This document shows, in pieces, positions 9,182 to 18,673 of a stretch of 64,000 nt of DNA (position 1 is its first letter; each line of letters begins with the position of its first letter). The stretch lies in NCBI GenBank assembly GCA_019244045.1, contig JAFATF010000052.1, positions 15,636 through 79,635 of the forward strand, given 5' to 3'. Position numbers and translations under genes: made by a program. Source of the DNA: Acidobacteriota bacterium. Lineage in GTDB: Bacteria > Acidobacteriota > Terriglobia > Terriglobales > Acidobacteriaceae. The notes under the pieces were generated by a model. That model was given only the letters and a program-made list of their open reading frames with translations. It was not told the DNA's origin and made no database searches.

Positions 9182-10462
9182 ATGGCAAACAAGAGTAAGA
9201 AGGCGACAGATCCATCGGCAAGTAGCCGCCCGGCCGGAGCTCCACAGCCCACCGCCACTTCCGAGCGGCGCTACACGATTCAGGATTATCGGCTGGAAAA
9301 ACCCTGTTTTACCCTAAAGCAGGTCCAGGAGGGAGACCGGGTTCTCTATAGGTGCGAAGGCGATCTGAGCGGGCCTCCGCCGCCTCTGCGCGACTCACAA
9401 TTTCTCAGCCCGGCCGAGCTGATTGAGATCTATCGCTGGATGCTGCTCAATCGTCGCATGGAGATGGCACTCGAGAATCTCTACAAACAGGGAATGGTGG
9501 TGGGCGGAGTCTACTTTGGGCTGGGGCAGGAGGCCTGCTCCTGCGCGTCGGCCTACGCTCTCGAGGACGACGACTGGATCGGACCGATGATCCGCAACCA
9601 GGGAGCTTTGCTGGTGCGCGGTTTTGCGGCCCGCGACATCATGATGCAGTACATGGCCAAGGCAAGCTCCCCTACGCAGGGTCGCGACGCGTCGTCTCAT
9701 ATGGGTGATCACCTCAGAAGAAATGTGGTCGCGCCCATCTCCACTCTCGGCGATTTAATTCCTGTGCTCTCGGGAGTGGCTCTGGGGGCGCGTTTGCAGG
9801 GGCGCAACGTTGCCGCCATGACCTACATCGGCGATGGCGGACAATCGACCGGGGTGACCTACGAAGGCATCAACTTTGCTGCCGTCGAAACCCTGGGGCT
9901 GGTGCTGATCGTCGAGAATAATCTATGGGGATATTCGACACCGGCTGATATGCAATTCCGGGTGCAAGACCTGGCCGAGCGCGCCATCGGCTACGGTATT
10001 CCTGGAGTCATCGTAGATGGAACCGATGCCTGCCAGGTCTATGACGCGGCTCATGAGGCCTGCGCGCGCGCTCGGCGCGGCCAGGGTCCTACGCTCATCG
10101 AGGCCAAAATGATGCGCATGAAAGGGCATGCCATCCACGATGCTGCCGCATATGTTCCAGAACCCCTTCTTGAGTATTGGCGCAAGCGGGACCCAATCCT
10201 GCGCCTGGAGAGGTATTTGTTGGGCCGGCGATGGTTGACCGAGGAGGAGAATGAAAGATTAATCGCGGACGTCGAACGCCAGTTAGAGGTGGATCGCGAT
10301 TTCGCGGTGGCCGCGCCCATGCCCGAACCGGAAAGCGCGGCGGGCGGGGTGTATTGCGAGGGCTGCCATGAAGTCAAGCCTAGGTATGGCGTCCCCCAAA
10401 TGAGTGTAACGAAATCTGTGCTCACGACTGCCCTAAGGCAAGTGGTGGTCGAGCGGAAATAA
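9182..10462 (+). CDS. 2-oxoacid dehydrogenase E1 component, alpha subunit (TPP-dependent)
   Basis: TPP-binding motif YIGDGGQSTG...VENNLWGYST. Start moved to ATG 9182 (MANKSKK), just after the lipB stop. Carries a ~75-aa low-complexity N-terminal extension. Confidence 0.92.
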   Translation: MANKSKKATDPSASSRPAGAPQPTATSERRYTIQDYRLEKPCFTLKQVQEGDRVLYRCEGDLSGPPPPLRDSQFLSPAELIEIYRWMLLNRRMEMALENLYKQGMVVGGVYFGLGQEACSCASAYALEDDDWIGPMIRNQGALLVRGFAARDIMMQYMAKASSPTQGRDASSHMGDHLRRNVVAPISTLGDLIPVLSGVALGARLQGRNVAAMTYIGDGGQSTGVTYEGINFAAVETLGLVLIVENNLWGYSTPADMQFRVQDLAERAIGYGIPGVIVDGTDACQVYDAAHEACARARRGQGPTLIEAKMMRMKGHAIHDAAAYVPEPLLEYWRKRDPILRLERYLLGRRWLTEEENERLIADVERQLEVDRDFAVAAPMPEPESAAGGVYCEGCHEVKPRYGVPQMSVTKSVLTTALRQVVVERK

Positions 10463-10530
10463 GGATGTTTAGAGGATTCCGACTGTGACTTGGGAAAGGC
10501 TTCGCGATCGCCAACCCTCAGTCGAACACC

Positions 10531-11505
10531 ATGCCCCAACTTACTTATCTTGAAGCCATCCGGCAGGGAATCTGGGAGGAGATGGAGCGCGATCGGACTG
10601 TCTTCTGCCTGGGAGAAGATATCGGTGTTTACGGGGGCGCCTTTAAAGTCACGGACGGTTTTATCGATCACTTTGGGGCGGAGCGCGTGATCGACACTCC
10701 GATCGCCGAAGCAGCCATTGTGGGGGCGGCTTTTGGGGCCTCCCTGACGGGAATGCGCCCGGTCGCCGAATTTCAGTTTATGGATTTCATCGGCTGCGCC
10801 TTTAATCAGATCGTGAACATGGTGGCAAAGGCACATTATCGCTGGAGCGCACCGGCGCCCCTCGTTCTCCGCGGCCCGAGCGGCGGGAACGTGCATGGAG
10901 GGCCGTTTCACTCGCAGAATCCTGAGGCCTGGTTCGTGCATGCTCCCGGCCTGAAAGTTGTCTGTCCGGCCAGTCCCTATGACGCTAAAGGCCTAATGAA
11001 GGCATCAATTCGCGATAACAATCCAGTCATTTTCTTCGAGCATAAATATCTCTATCGCCGCATCAAAGAGGAAGTTCCCTCCGATGAATATTTGGTACCG
11101 CTCGGTCGAGCGCGGCTGGCGCGCCCAGGACGAGATCTCAGTATCATTACCTATGCCGCCATGGTTTATGTGGCGCTCGAGGCTGCTGATCTCCTGGCTC
11201 GGGAAGGAATCGATATCGAAGTGCTCGATTTACGCACCCTGGCACCTCTCGATCGCGAAGCCATCGTGCGAACCGTGAAAAGGACCAACAAAGTTCTCCT
11301 GGTGCATGAAGACGTAAGAACCGGTGGTATTGCCGGAGAGATCAGTGCCATTATTAATGAAGAGGCGTTCGAAGACCTGGATGGCCCCGTCCTGCGTGTT
11401 ACCGCCCAGGATTCGCCTGTCCCCTTCTCGCCGCCGCAGGAGGACTACTTTTTACCCAAGGTCAGCGATGTGGTGCGAGAGGCGCGCCGGCTCAAAGCTT
11501 ACTAG
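10531..11505 (+). CDS. 2-oxoacid dehydrogenase E1 component, beta subunit
   Basis: MPQLTYLEAIRQGIWEEM..GEDIGVYGGAFKVT..RVIDTPIAE..FQFMDF, a typical transketolase-like pyrimidine-binding plus C-terminal domain. Confidence 0.95.
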   Translation: MPQLTYLEAIRQGIWEEMERDRTVFCLGEDIGVYGGAFKVTDGFIDHFGAERVIDTPIAEAAIVGAAFGASLTGMRPVAEFQFMDFIGCAFNQIVNMVAKAHYRWSAPAPLVLRGPSGGNVHGGPFHSQNPEAWFVHAPGLKVVCPASPYDAKGLMKASIRDNNPVIFFEHKYLYRRIKEEVPSDEYLVPLGRARLARPGRDLSIITYAAMVYVALEAADLLAREGIDIEVLDLRTLAPLDREAIVRTVKRTNKVLLVHEDVRTGGIAGEISAIINEEAFEDLDGPVLRVTAQDSPVPFSPPQEDYFLPKVSDVVREARRLKAY

Positions 11506-11567
11506 CGTCAGAGCGAATAAACCTTTTGAACTTCGGGCTTGTTTGGGAAAATTGCTGCGGAGGAACA

Positions 11568-12131
11568 ATGCGCAATTTCATCCTGGGAGTGGTCTTTACA
11601 GTTTTGCTGATGGCCGTGGGAGGATTGGCCTACTTGCTTTTGGGATTTGCTCCTACCAATGCTGATGCCCAGCCGTCTCGTCTCGAGTCATGGATTGCTT
11701 CGGGAGCCCTCGATACCTCGATGGAGAAACGTGCTCCTCACCTCACCAATCCCGTGCCGCCGACTGACAGCAACCTCATCGAGGGCATGAAGATCTACAC
11801 GATGAACTGCGCCCTATGTCATGGTGCGCTGGACAAAAAGCCAAGTCCGCTCAACAGCTCCTTTTACCCGCCTCCGCCCCAACTGGTGGTTGATCCCCTG
11901 GATGATCCGGAGTGGCACATCTTCTATGCTGTCCGAACGGGAGTTCGCTATACCGGCATGCCGGCGTGGAGCAAGGCGCTGAGCGAGCAGGACATCTGGA
12001 AGGTGACCGGTTTCTTGTCGCGCCTCGACAAACTTCCACCGGGAGCGAAGGAGTACTGGCAGAAAACCTTTGGGGTTTCGCCCGAAGCAGCCGGCGAGCA
12101 TGAGGAGCATCACACCCATCACGAGCACTAG
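11568..12131 (+). CDS. membrane-anchored mono-haem c-type cytochrome with His-rich C-terminal tail
   Basis: Start moved to ATG 11568 (GGAGG SD 6 nt upstream). N-terminal TM, single CALCHG haem motif, likely Met ligand in YTGMPAW, tail EHEEHHTHHEH. Confidence 0.82.
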   Translation: MRNFILGVVFTVLLMAVGGLAYLLLGFAPTNADAQPSRLESWIASGALDTSMEKRAPHLTNPVPPTDSNLIEGMKIYTMNCALCHGALDKKPSPLNSSFYPPPPQLVVDPLDDPEWHIFYAVRTGVRYTGMPAWSKALSEQDIWKVTGFLSRLDKLPPGAKEYWQKTFGVSPEAAGEHEEHHTHHEH

Positions 12132-12207
12132 AGGTGCACGCTGATGCTTCGTGCTGGAGTGCGACCTTCGAGCCACCGCGTTACTCGAGCTGGCGCGAGC
12201 AGTTTCG

Positions 12208-12237
12208 TTGACAATATCTTGGCCCCTACGTTATCTT
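12208..12237 (+). promoter_or_regulatory. candidate sigma70-type promoter for rplM-rpsI
   Basis: TTGACA (12208-12213), 18-nt spacer, TATCTT (12232-12237). About 105 nt upstream of the rplM ATG. Confidence 0.4.
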
Positions 12238-12348
12238 TAAGTCTTTGGAAGTCCTGCGGTTGCCCGCCTGAATACCCTGCGCTGTCGGCGCACATTGGGT
12301 TGCTCAGCGGTCTTTTTTGGCGTTTTTCTATTTCTGGGAGATTTCTCG

Positions 12349-12813
12349 ATGTCAACCTATTTCCCCAGGCAGGGGGAAATTGCGCGCAAGTGGTACGTAG
12401 TCGACGCCGCGGGGCAAGCGTTGGGCCGCCTCTCGTCGCGAGTCGCCCGGATTTTGATGGGCAAGGAGAACCCAAAATACACTCCCTTCCTGGATACGGG
12501 CGATCATGTCATCGTCATCAATGCCGAAAAAGTTAAGCTGACAGGGATGAAATCCGATGCCAAGATCTACCAGCATTACACCGGCTATCCGGGTGGGTTG
12601 CGCACGGAAGCCTACACCCGCCGCATGACTCGCAGGCCGGAGTTGGTGGTCGAGGAAGCGGTCAGGCGCATGCTGCCCAAGAGCAAATTGGGCAAGCAGA
12701 TGATTGGGAAGTTGAAGGTTTATCGCGGCGAAAAGCATCCTCACCAGGCACAAAAGCCAGAAAGCCTGGCGCTGGCTAACGCCAGGACAAGGCCGTTGCT
12801 CGGCAAATTTTGA
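12349..12813 (+). CDS. rplM: 50S ribosomal protein L13
   Basis: [56 protein letters not shown]. Start moved to ATG 12349. Confidence 0.97.
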   Translation: MSTYFPRQGEIARKWYVVDAAGQALGRLSSRVARILMGKENPKYTPFLDTGDHVIVINAEKVKLTGMKSDAKIYQHYTGYPGGLRTEAYTRRMTRRPELVVEEAVRRMLPKSKLGKQMIGKLKVYRGEKHPHQAQKPESLALANARTRPLLGKF

Positions 12814-12942
12814 GGGAAACCGCGCGACACCGTACAGGCGGGAAATGCCTCGAGTGTTGAGCGAATTTATGGAAAGGTCGCCTGGCGCAATTTCCTAGTC
12901 GCTGCTTTCGAGCGACGGGGAGGGGAGCGCCAAACATCGGGA

Positions 12943-13338
12943 ATGGCAGATTTGCTTCAATATTACGGAACGGGACGCCGCAAATCGAGCGTCGCGCGAG
13001 TGTTTCTCCGGCCGGGCAGCGGAGATTTTACCGTTAATGGTCGTGCCTTCGAGAAGTATTTCGTTACCGCCGCGCAACGCAATCTTGCCAAGCAGCCGCT
13101 CGCCAGTGTGGAAGCAAGCGACACCTTCAATGTGGTGGCGAATGTTTCCGGCGGTGGCGTGAACGGCCAGGCGGGAGCGCTGAAGCTGGGTATCGCACGC
13201 GCGCTGATGGAGTTCAATCTCGAGCTCCGCAAGAAACTGAAGGCCGAAGGCCTAATCTCGCGCGATTCGCGTAAGAAAGAACGCAAGAAATACGGCCAGA
13301 AGGGCGCAAGGAAAAGATTCCAATACTCGAAGCGTTAG
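12943..13338 (+). CDS. rpsI: 30S ribosomal protein S9
   Basis: [61 protein letters not shown]. Confidence 0.97.
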   Translation: MADLLQYYGTGRRKSSVARVFLRPGSGDFTVNGRAFEKYFVTAAQRNLAKQPLASVEASDTFNVVANVSGGGVNGQAGALKLGIARALMEFNLELRKKLKAEGLISRDSRKKERKKYGQKGARKRFQYSKR

Positions 13339-13530
13339 GCGTGTTTTCGAGTTTCTGGTTTCCCGGTGCGAGCAAGAACCTATATCACTCGGGGAACTAC
13401 AAACGAACGAAGTGGAAATCGTTGTCTGTAGGGGTAAAATTCTTCCCGTCACCTCCGGGAGACGGGGCAGACGGGAATGGAAATCCGGCAGCGAAGGAGA
13501 AAACCGGATGCAATCCAAATAGGAGGTTAA

Positions 13531-14448
<918 letters not shown>

Positions 14449-14677
14449 AGTAAGCTGGAGTCACCGCTTGCAGGGGAGGCGCAAGAGAGTCCTGAATCAA
14501 GCCGCTGATCAGAGTACAACGCGGCGAAGCCCGGTTGAAGCAGAAGCATCTGGACCCGCGGGGGTGACCTGGCGCGGGTCGAATTTTATGAAGCTCAATT
14601 TCCAGTTTTAACTCGGCTGGAAACCGAGTTGATTGCCATGACCAGCGGTGAAAAGGGCAAACGGAATAGATAAATTA

Positions 14678-15331
14678 ATGAGCACAACCACCGTGAATAT
14701 TTCCGCAGCGCAAGTGAAAGATCTTCGTGAGCGCACCGGCGCCCCTATGATGGACTGTAAACAGGCGCTTACCGAGGCCAAAGGCGACATGGAACAAGCG
14801 ATTGTCATTCTGCGCAAGCGCGGCGCCGCCGTGGCGCAGAAAAAGGCGACACGCGTGACCAGCGAAGGTTCAGTCGCCAGCTACATCCACGCCGGAGGCA
14901 AGATCGGCGTGCTGGTGGAAGTGAACTGTGAGAGCGACTTCGTGGCCCGCACCGATGACTTCAAAGAGCTGGTGCACGATATTGCCATGCACATTGCCGC
15001 CTCCGATCCGAAGTTCATTCGCAAAGAGGACGTCACCGCCGAAGCCTATGCCCGCGAGAGAGATATTTACTTGGCGCAGGCCAAAGCCAGCGGCAAACCC
15101 GACCACATTGCCGAGAAAATGGTGGAAGGCAAAATGGGGAAATTCTATGAGGAGGTCTGTCTTTACGAGCAGCCCTTCATCAAGGACCAGACGGTCTCAA
15201 TTTCCCAGCTTATCGCAACCAAGATTGGCAAGCTGGCCGAGAATATCAGCGTCCGTCGCTTTGCTCGCTTCAAGGTTGGCGAAGCGGGTGAAACCATCGC
15301 CACCAGCAAGCCGGAAGCAAAGGCCGAATAA
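14678..15331 (+). CDS. tsf: translation elongation factor Ts (short form)
   Basis: VKDLRERTGAPMMDCKQAL UBA-like N-terminus. Start moved to ATG 14678. The upstream GTG 14648 is possible. Confidence 0.94.
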   Translation: MSTTTVNISAAQVKDLRERTGAPMMDCKQALTEAKGDMEQAIVILRKRGAAVAQKKATRVTSEGSVASYIHAGGKIGVLVEVNCESDFVARTDDFKELVHDIAMHIAASDPKFIRKEDVTAEAYARERDIYLAQAKASGKPDHIAEKMVEGKMGKFYEEVCLYEQPFIKDQTVSISQLIATKIGKLAENISVRRFARFKVGEAGETIATSKPEAKAE

Positions 15332-15441
15332 ATGGGGGAGTTTGTCCCCCTTGAATTTCGAGCGTTCTAGGTCAGCGGCATCAAGTATGCTATGCGGCAG
15401 AGCCGGGCTATGGCCAAGCGACGCTCAAAGCTTTCTAAACA

Positions 15442-16164
15442 ATGCCGACCGCCATCTTCAAACGCGTGCTGCTGAAACTGTCTGGCGAAGCGCTGGCGGC
15501 CAGCCAGGGATTCGGGGTCGACACTAGCCGTATCCACGAAATCGCCGCAGAACTGGCCGACGTGCACTCCCTGGGGGTGCAGATCGCAATTGTTGTAGGG
15601 GGTGGCAATTTTTTTCGCGGGGTAGCCGAGCAAGCCAAAGACATGGACCGGGTTTCGGCCGATCATATGGGCATGTTGGCCACCGTCATCAACGCTCTCG
15701 CCTTGCAGGATGCCCTGGAAAAACGAGGAGTTTTTACCCGTGTGCAATCGGCGATCGAGATGAACCAGGTGGCCGAGCCGTTTATTCGCCGCCGCGCCAT
15801 CCGGCATCTGGAGAAGAACCGCGTGGTGATTTTTGCCGGGGGAACCGGCAACCCGTATTTCTCCACCGATACGGCCGCCTCGCTGCGCGCCATGGAAATC
15901 AAAGCCGACGCTATCCTCAAAGCCACCAAGGTCGATGGTATCTATGATGCCGATCCCTTGCTGGTCAAAGATGCCAAGAAATTCAGCGAGATCAGCTACA
16001 TGGATGTGTTAAGAAAGGGCCTGAAGGTCATGGACTCGACGGCCATCTCGCTGTGCAAGGACAATAATCTGCCCATCATCGTCTTCCATCTGAACCAGCG
16101 TGGCAATATCCGGAAGGTGGTTACTGGAGAGAAAATCGGCTCTCTGGTAAGCGCGGGCATCTGA
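15442..16164 (+). CDS. pyrH: UMP kinase
   Basis: [54 protein letters not shown]. Confidence 0.97.
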   Translation: MPTAIFKRVLLKLSGEALAASQGFGVDTSRIHEIAAELADVHSLGVQIAIVVGGGNFFRGVAEQAKDMDRVSADHMGMLATVINALALQDALEKRGVFTRVQSAIEMNQVAEPFIRRRAIRHLEKNRVVIFAGGTGNPYFSTDTAASLRAMEIKADAILKATKVDGIYDADPLLVKDAKKFSEISYMDVLRKGLKVMDSTAISLCKDNNLPIIVFHLNQRGNIRKVVTGEKIGSLVSAGI

Positions 16165-16311
16165 ACCAAGTTTCGCCATCTGGCCCGAATAGCCGACGGC
16201 CCGCCTGTTTTCGAAACTCGGAATCTAGCCAGCAGGAATTCTCCTTGAAACCTCCTCGTCGCTTGAGGGTTTATAATGCAACGTTTTCATTCCATCTGAT
16301 GTGGAGCTGAT

Positions 16312-16899
16312 ATGGCTCAACCCACAATGGCAGCCGTGGCCGGTTTGAAAGAAATCTATCTGCAGCTCAAGACTCGCATGGAACGGGCGGTCGAAGACTT
16401 CCGTAAGGCGATGTCGGCCATCCGCACGGGGCGCGCCAACGTTCACATGCTGGACAGCGTCAGCGTCGATTATTATGGATCGCAAATGCCCTTGAATCAA
16501 ATTGCTCAAGTACACGCGCCGGAGGCGCAGCTGATTACCGTGCAGCCTTTTGATCCCTCCTCGCTTGCCACCATGGAGAAGGCGATTCGCTCCGCCGAAC
16601 TCGGCCTTAACCCCATGAATGATGGCAAAATAATTCGGGTGCCGGTGCCGCCCCTCACCGAGGAACGCCGCCGCGACATGATCAAGCATTTACACAAGAT
16701 TCTGGAAGAACACCGCACCGCCGTCCGCAATATCCGCCGCGACGGCAACGACGCGATTAGGAAGGCCTCCAAAGACAAGAAGATTACTGAGGACGAAGAG
16801 AAGCGGGCGCTTGAGGAGATTCAACGGCTCACCGATGACGAGATCAAGAAAATGGAAGAGATGAGCAAGGGCAAAGAGAAAGAAGTGCTGGAAATCTAA
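16312..16899 (+). CDS. frr: ribosome recycling factor
   Basis: IRTGRANVHMLDSVSVDYYGSQMPLNQIA..PLTEERRRDM..IRRDGND. GTGGAG SD upstream. Confidence 0.96.
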   Translation: MAQPTMAAVAGLKEIYLQLKTRMERAVEDFRKAMSAIRTGRANVHMLDSVSVDYYGSQMPLNQIAQVHAPEAQLITVQPFDPSSLATMEKAIRSAELGLNPMNDGKIIRVPVPPLTEERRRDMIKHLHKILEEHRTAVRNIRRDGNDAIRKASKDKKITEDEEKRALEEIQRLTDDEIKKMEEMSKGKEKEVLEI

Positions 16900-17123
16900 T
16901 CTCCCCCTCATCCGGCGAGCGCCGGCAGCTTCGCTTTCCCGTTGCTTGGCTAACTCAGATAGAACTCCAAAAATCAGCGGCTCGCCCTATCGAGGTTACG
17001 GAAGTCACCTCTGGCTCACTGTTACTAAAGATACGGCAACTCCGGGCAAGCGACTGGGTTCGTACGGGTGTATTCGCTAGGATTTCTAACTAGACATCCC
17101 AAATGGAACCTCTGGAGCTTGCG

Positions 17124-18497
17124 ATGAGGAAATTTCTTTTGCTTTTTGCCCTATGTGCGCCAATCGCTGTCCTGCTGGGTGGTTGCAGCGGGACCAATTC
17201 GTCACAGAACGGTGGCGGCGGGGCACAATCGGGTTCGGTTTTTGTAGTGGGTGAAGATGCCCCGCTCCCGTCCGTGGTGTCGTTCAACATCACCCTCAAG
17301 AGCATCACGCTCAACAACAGTTCGACCACGGTCCAAGTCTTATCCCAGCCAACCACCGTCGATTTTGGCAAGCTGATGGGCCTGCGTTCGTTGCTCGCCT
17401 TCAACGCCGTTCCTCCGGGTACGTACACCAGCGCGACCTTCACGCTCGCCAGTCCGGTGATTTCCTACCTCAATACCAGCACCAATCCACCGTCGCTCAC
17501 CACCTTAAACGGCACTTTGACCAGTTCCACCGTGACGGTGGCGTTTCCCTCGGGAAATCCAATGGTGGTCAGCAATAACCAGTTAGCCGGCTTGCACATG
17601 GATTTTGATTTACATCAGTCCTTGGCCACGGATAATTCCGGCAACATCACCGGCACGGTAACTCCGGTGATTGACATCACGGCCGTTTCTGCCTCGGATA
17701 AGTTGGGCAAGATTACCGAGTTCGTAGGTTCGGTGCTTTCCCTGAATACTTCCGCCAATTCCTTTTCCGTACAAGGCCCTTACGGATTTCAGAGGACCAT
17801 CGACGTCACTAACCAAACTCAGTACAACGGCACGTTTAGCCTCGCGTCAATTTCGGTGAATGCCATTGTTGCCCTCGAGGGGATCTTGCAAGCCGATGGC
17901 AGCATTCTGGCAAGCAGCGTCGAGGTCATCACTAGCAACCAGGCCTTTATCTCCGGCCGCGTTCTCGCCGTCAGTCCTGGCCCCGTAGTCACCATGTTTG
18001 TGGGAGAAGAGCTGCCTGATTTGAGCCCCTCGATTCCGGTGGATTCGGTATATACGGTCGACTTGAGTGGCCTCAGTTCGAATGACTACGAGATATGCTT
18101 CTTTGAGAATCTGTTCACGCAGGGGCTGTTCGATAGGTCTTCCTTGGTTCAAGGCCAGAGGATCCTCGTGGGTGGCACGTATCAGAGTGGCGCGTTCACT
18201 CCCGCCATGGTATCTCTCCGGTTGCAAGGCCTCTGGGGTTCGCTGGTCCAGGGCAGCGTGGCCATCGCGAATCCGCCCAATCAGGGCAGCTTCCAATTGG
18301 ACAACGATTTCATGAGCTACTTGGTTGGCGGGCCGTTCACGGTAAGAACGTTCAATGGTACCGACTTCCTTAATCTTAACGGGCTCTCGCAACTCGCGAA
18401 CGCGGGTTCAACCCACGTTGTAGCCGTGGGCCTGGTCTTCAATAACGGCCAGAATCTTCCCGTGGCAGATGTGGGAGTGGTTGCGGTCCGGCCGTAA
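17124..18497 (+). CDS. lipoprotein, DUF4382-like N-terminal domain (function unknown)
   Basis: Start moved to ATG 17124 (MRKFLLLFALCAPIAVLLGGCSG lipobox, TGGAG SD). The Thr/Ser/Asn-rich beta-type sequence is consistent with an extracytoplasmic location. The DUF assignment is from memory of the family pattern. Confidence 0.75.
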   Translation: MRKFLLLFALCAPIAVLLGGCSGTNSSQNGGGGAQSGSVFVVGEDAPLPSVVSFNITLKSITLNNSSTTVQVLSQPTTVDFGKLMGLRSLLAFNAVPPGTYTSATFTLASPVISYLNTSTNPPSLTTLNGTLTSSTVTVAFPSGNPMVVSNNQLAGLHMDFDLHQSLATDNSGNITGTVTPVIDITAVSASDKLGKITEFVGSVLSLNTSANSFSVQGPYGFQRTIDVTNQTQYNGTFSLASISVNAIVALEGILQADGSILASSVEVITSNQAFISGRVLAVSPGPVVTMFVGEELPDLSPSIPVDSVYTVDLSGLSSNDYEICFFENLFTQGLFDRSSLVQGQRILVGGTYQSGAFTPAMVSLRLQGLWGSLVQGSVAIANPPNQGSFQLDNDFMSYLVGGPFTVRTFNGTDFLNLNGLSQLANAGSTHVVAVGLVFNNGQNLPVADVGVVAVRP

Positions 18498-18513
18498 TCG
18501 CACCTGCTCCTGG

Positions 18514-18556
18514 AAGGGCGGTGCGTGAGAGGCACCGCCCCTTGTTCGTTCTTCTT
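18514..18556 (+). terminator. rho-independent terminator downstream of the lipoprotein gene
   Basis: 9-bp GC stem GGGCGGTGC (18516-18524) / GCACCGCCC (18532-18540), loop GTGAGAG, followed by the T-rich tract CTTGTTCGTTCTTCTT. Confidence 0.65.
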
Positions 18557-18673
18557 CCGCAAGCCTGCTACAAACGATTTCCACCCCGCCGCCGCGACTC
18601 GCGATGCGCCAAGCGTCTTCGAGCACCTTCCCATTTCCAGAGGTTTGGCTCACCTATAATCCTTAGCAGATAA

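Noticed and set aside
10051-10941. 296-aa ORF antisense to the E1alpha/E1beta junction
   Set aside because: It overlaps two well-supported genes and crosses their intergenic gap. It has shadow-ORF composition.
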